Origin: Octopus bimaculoides
Taxonomy: Eukaryota
Length of the DNA: 64,000 nucleotides
Assembly: GCF_001194135.2 (NCBI RefSeq)
Contig: NC_068981.1
Location: 130,001,172-130,065,171, forward strand
Reading direction: 5' to 3'
Under the pieces are notes generated by a model that saw only the letters and a list, made by a program, of their open reading frames with translations, ran no database searches and was not told the DNA's origin. Position numbers and translations under genes: made by a program. Shown piece by piece: positions 63,633-64,000 of this stretch. Within the stretch, counting starts at the first letter, position 1. Each line of letters starts with the position of its first letter.

Positions 63633-64000
63633 TGAGAGGCCATTTGTTGAAGAGGTCTATTAAGACTGAAATATGTCTACAGTTGTCTCCCTTACTTGCC
63701 AAAATAGCATTAATAACTGAGCTGGTTTTTCTTTCTTCATTACATAATCCTTTTTAATTAGATGCTTTGATGCTCACTACATTATGTATGTTAAAATCAA
63801 TTTGACTATTGCTTCCCATTCTGATGGCATCTACGAGTAACTTTTCCTCAGGGATTTATTTTTTTAAATGTTCTAAATATTTTCTAAATGCTGACACAAT
63901 GCTGAATATCTACATAGTGATTCTCCCATTGCTACATCAGCAATTATGGCAATGTTTATGCTCACTAAGGAGGTCTAAATTGAAACATACTTAAAGTTGT

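Noticed and set aside
62719-64000. HNF4 zinc-finger (DNA-binding) exons
   Set aside because: No CxxC or CRxCRLxKC coding sequence was found; they presumably lie beyond the window end.

Overview
Eukaryotic (animal) genomic DNA: AT-rich, repeat-dense and intron-rich, with eight N-gaps. The SINE, RTE-tail and microsatellite landscape and the proteins suggest an octopus or other coleoid cephalopod (inference). Two host genes face each other tail-to-tail. (1) A complete 17-exon DCAF11/WDR23 on + (CDS 6225-48629). All exons were traced by hand with GT-AG junctions and consistent phases, giving 1494 nt and 497 aa. (2) The last five exons of an HNF4 nuclear receptor on - (hinge, ligand-binding domain, AF-2 and F domain; 62718 down to 55818); its DNA-binding exons were not seen and probably lie beyond the window. 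The most striking observation is in DCAF11 intron 4. A same-strand, spliceable first coding exon of ACSF3 (malonyl-CoA synthetase, 20531-21232) has a single lesion: TGA at the conserved Trp of the 'QWASWM' motif. That stop lies inside a perfect 13-bp intra-exonic inverted repeat (20558-20570 with 20895-20907), a candidate ADAR substrate that could recode UGA to UGG. The exon is phase-compatible with the DCAF11 exons on either side. It is followed 134 nt later by a sense minimal hammerhead ribozyme with a variant core (Penelope-type). Mobile elements include a Helitron deletion derivative with both termini, mariners, RTE LINEs, tRNA-derived SINEs, TTAA MITEs, a probable solo LTR and two long fold-backs. 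No database searches or folding programs were run; homology calls come from recalled protein motifs.
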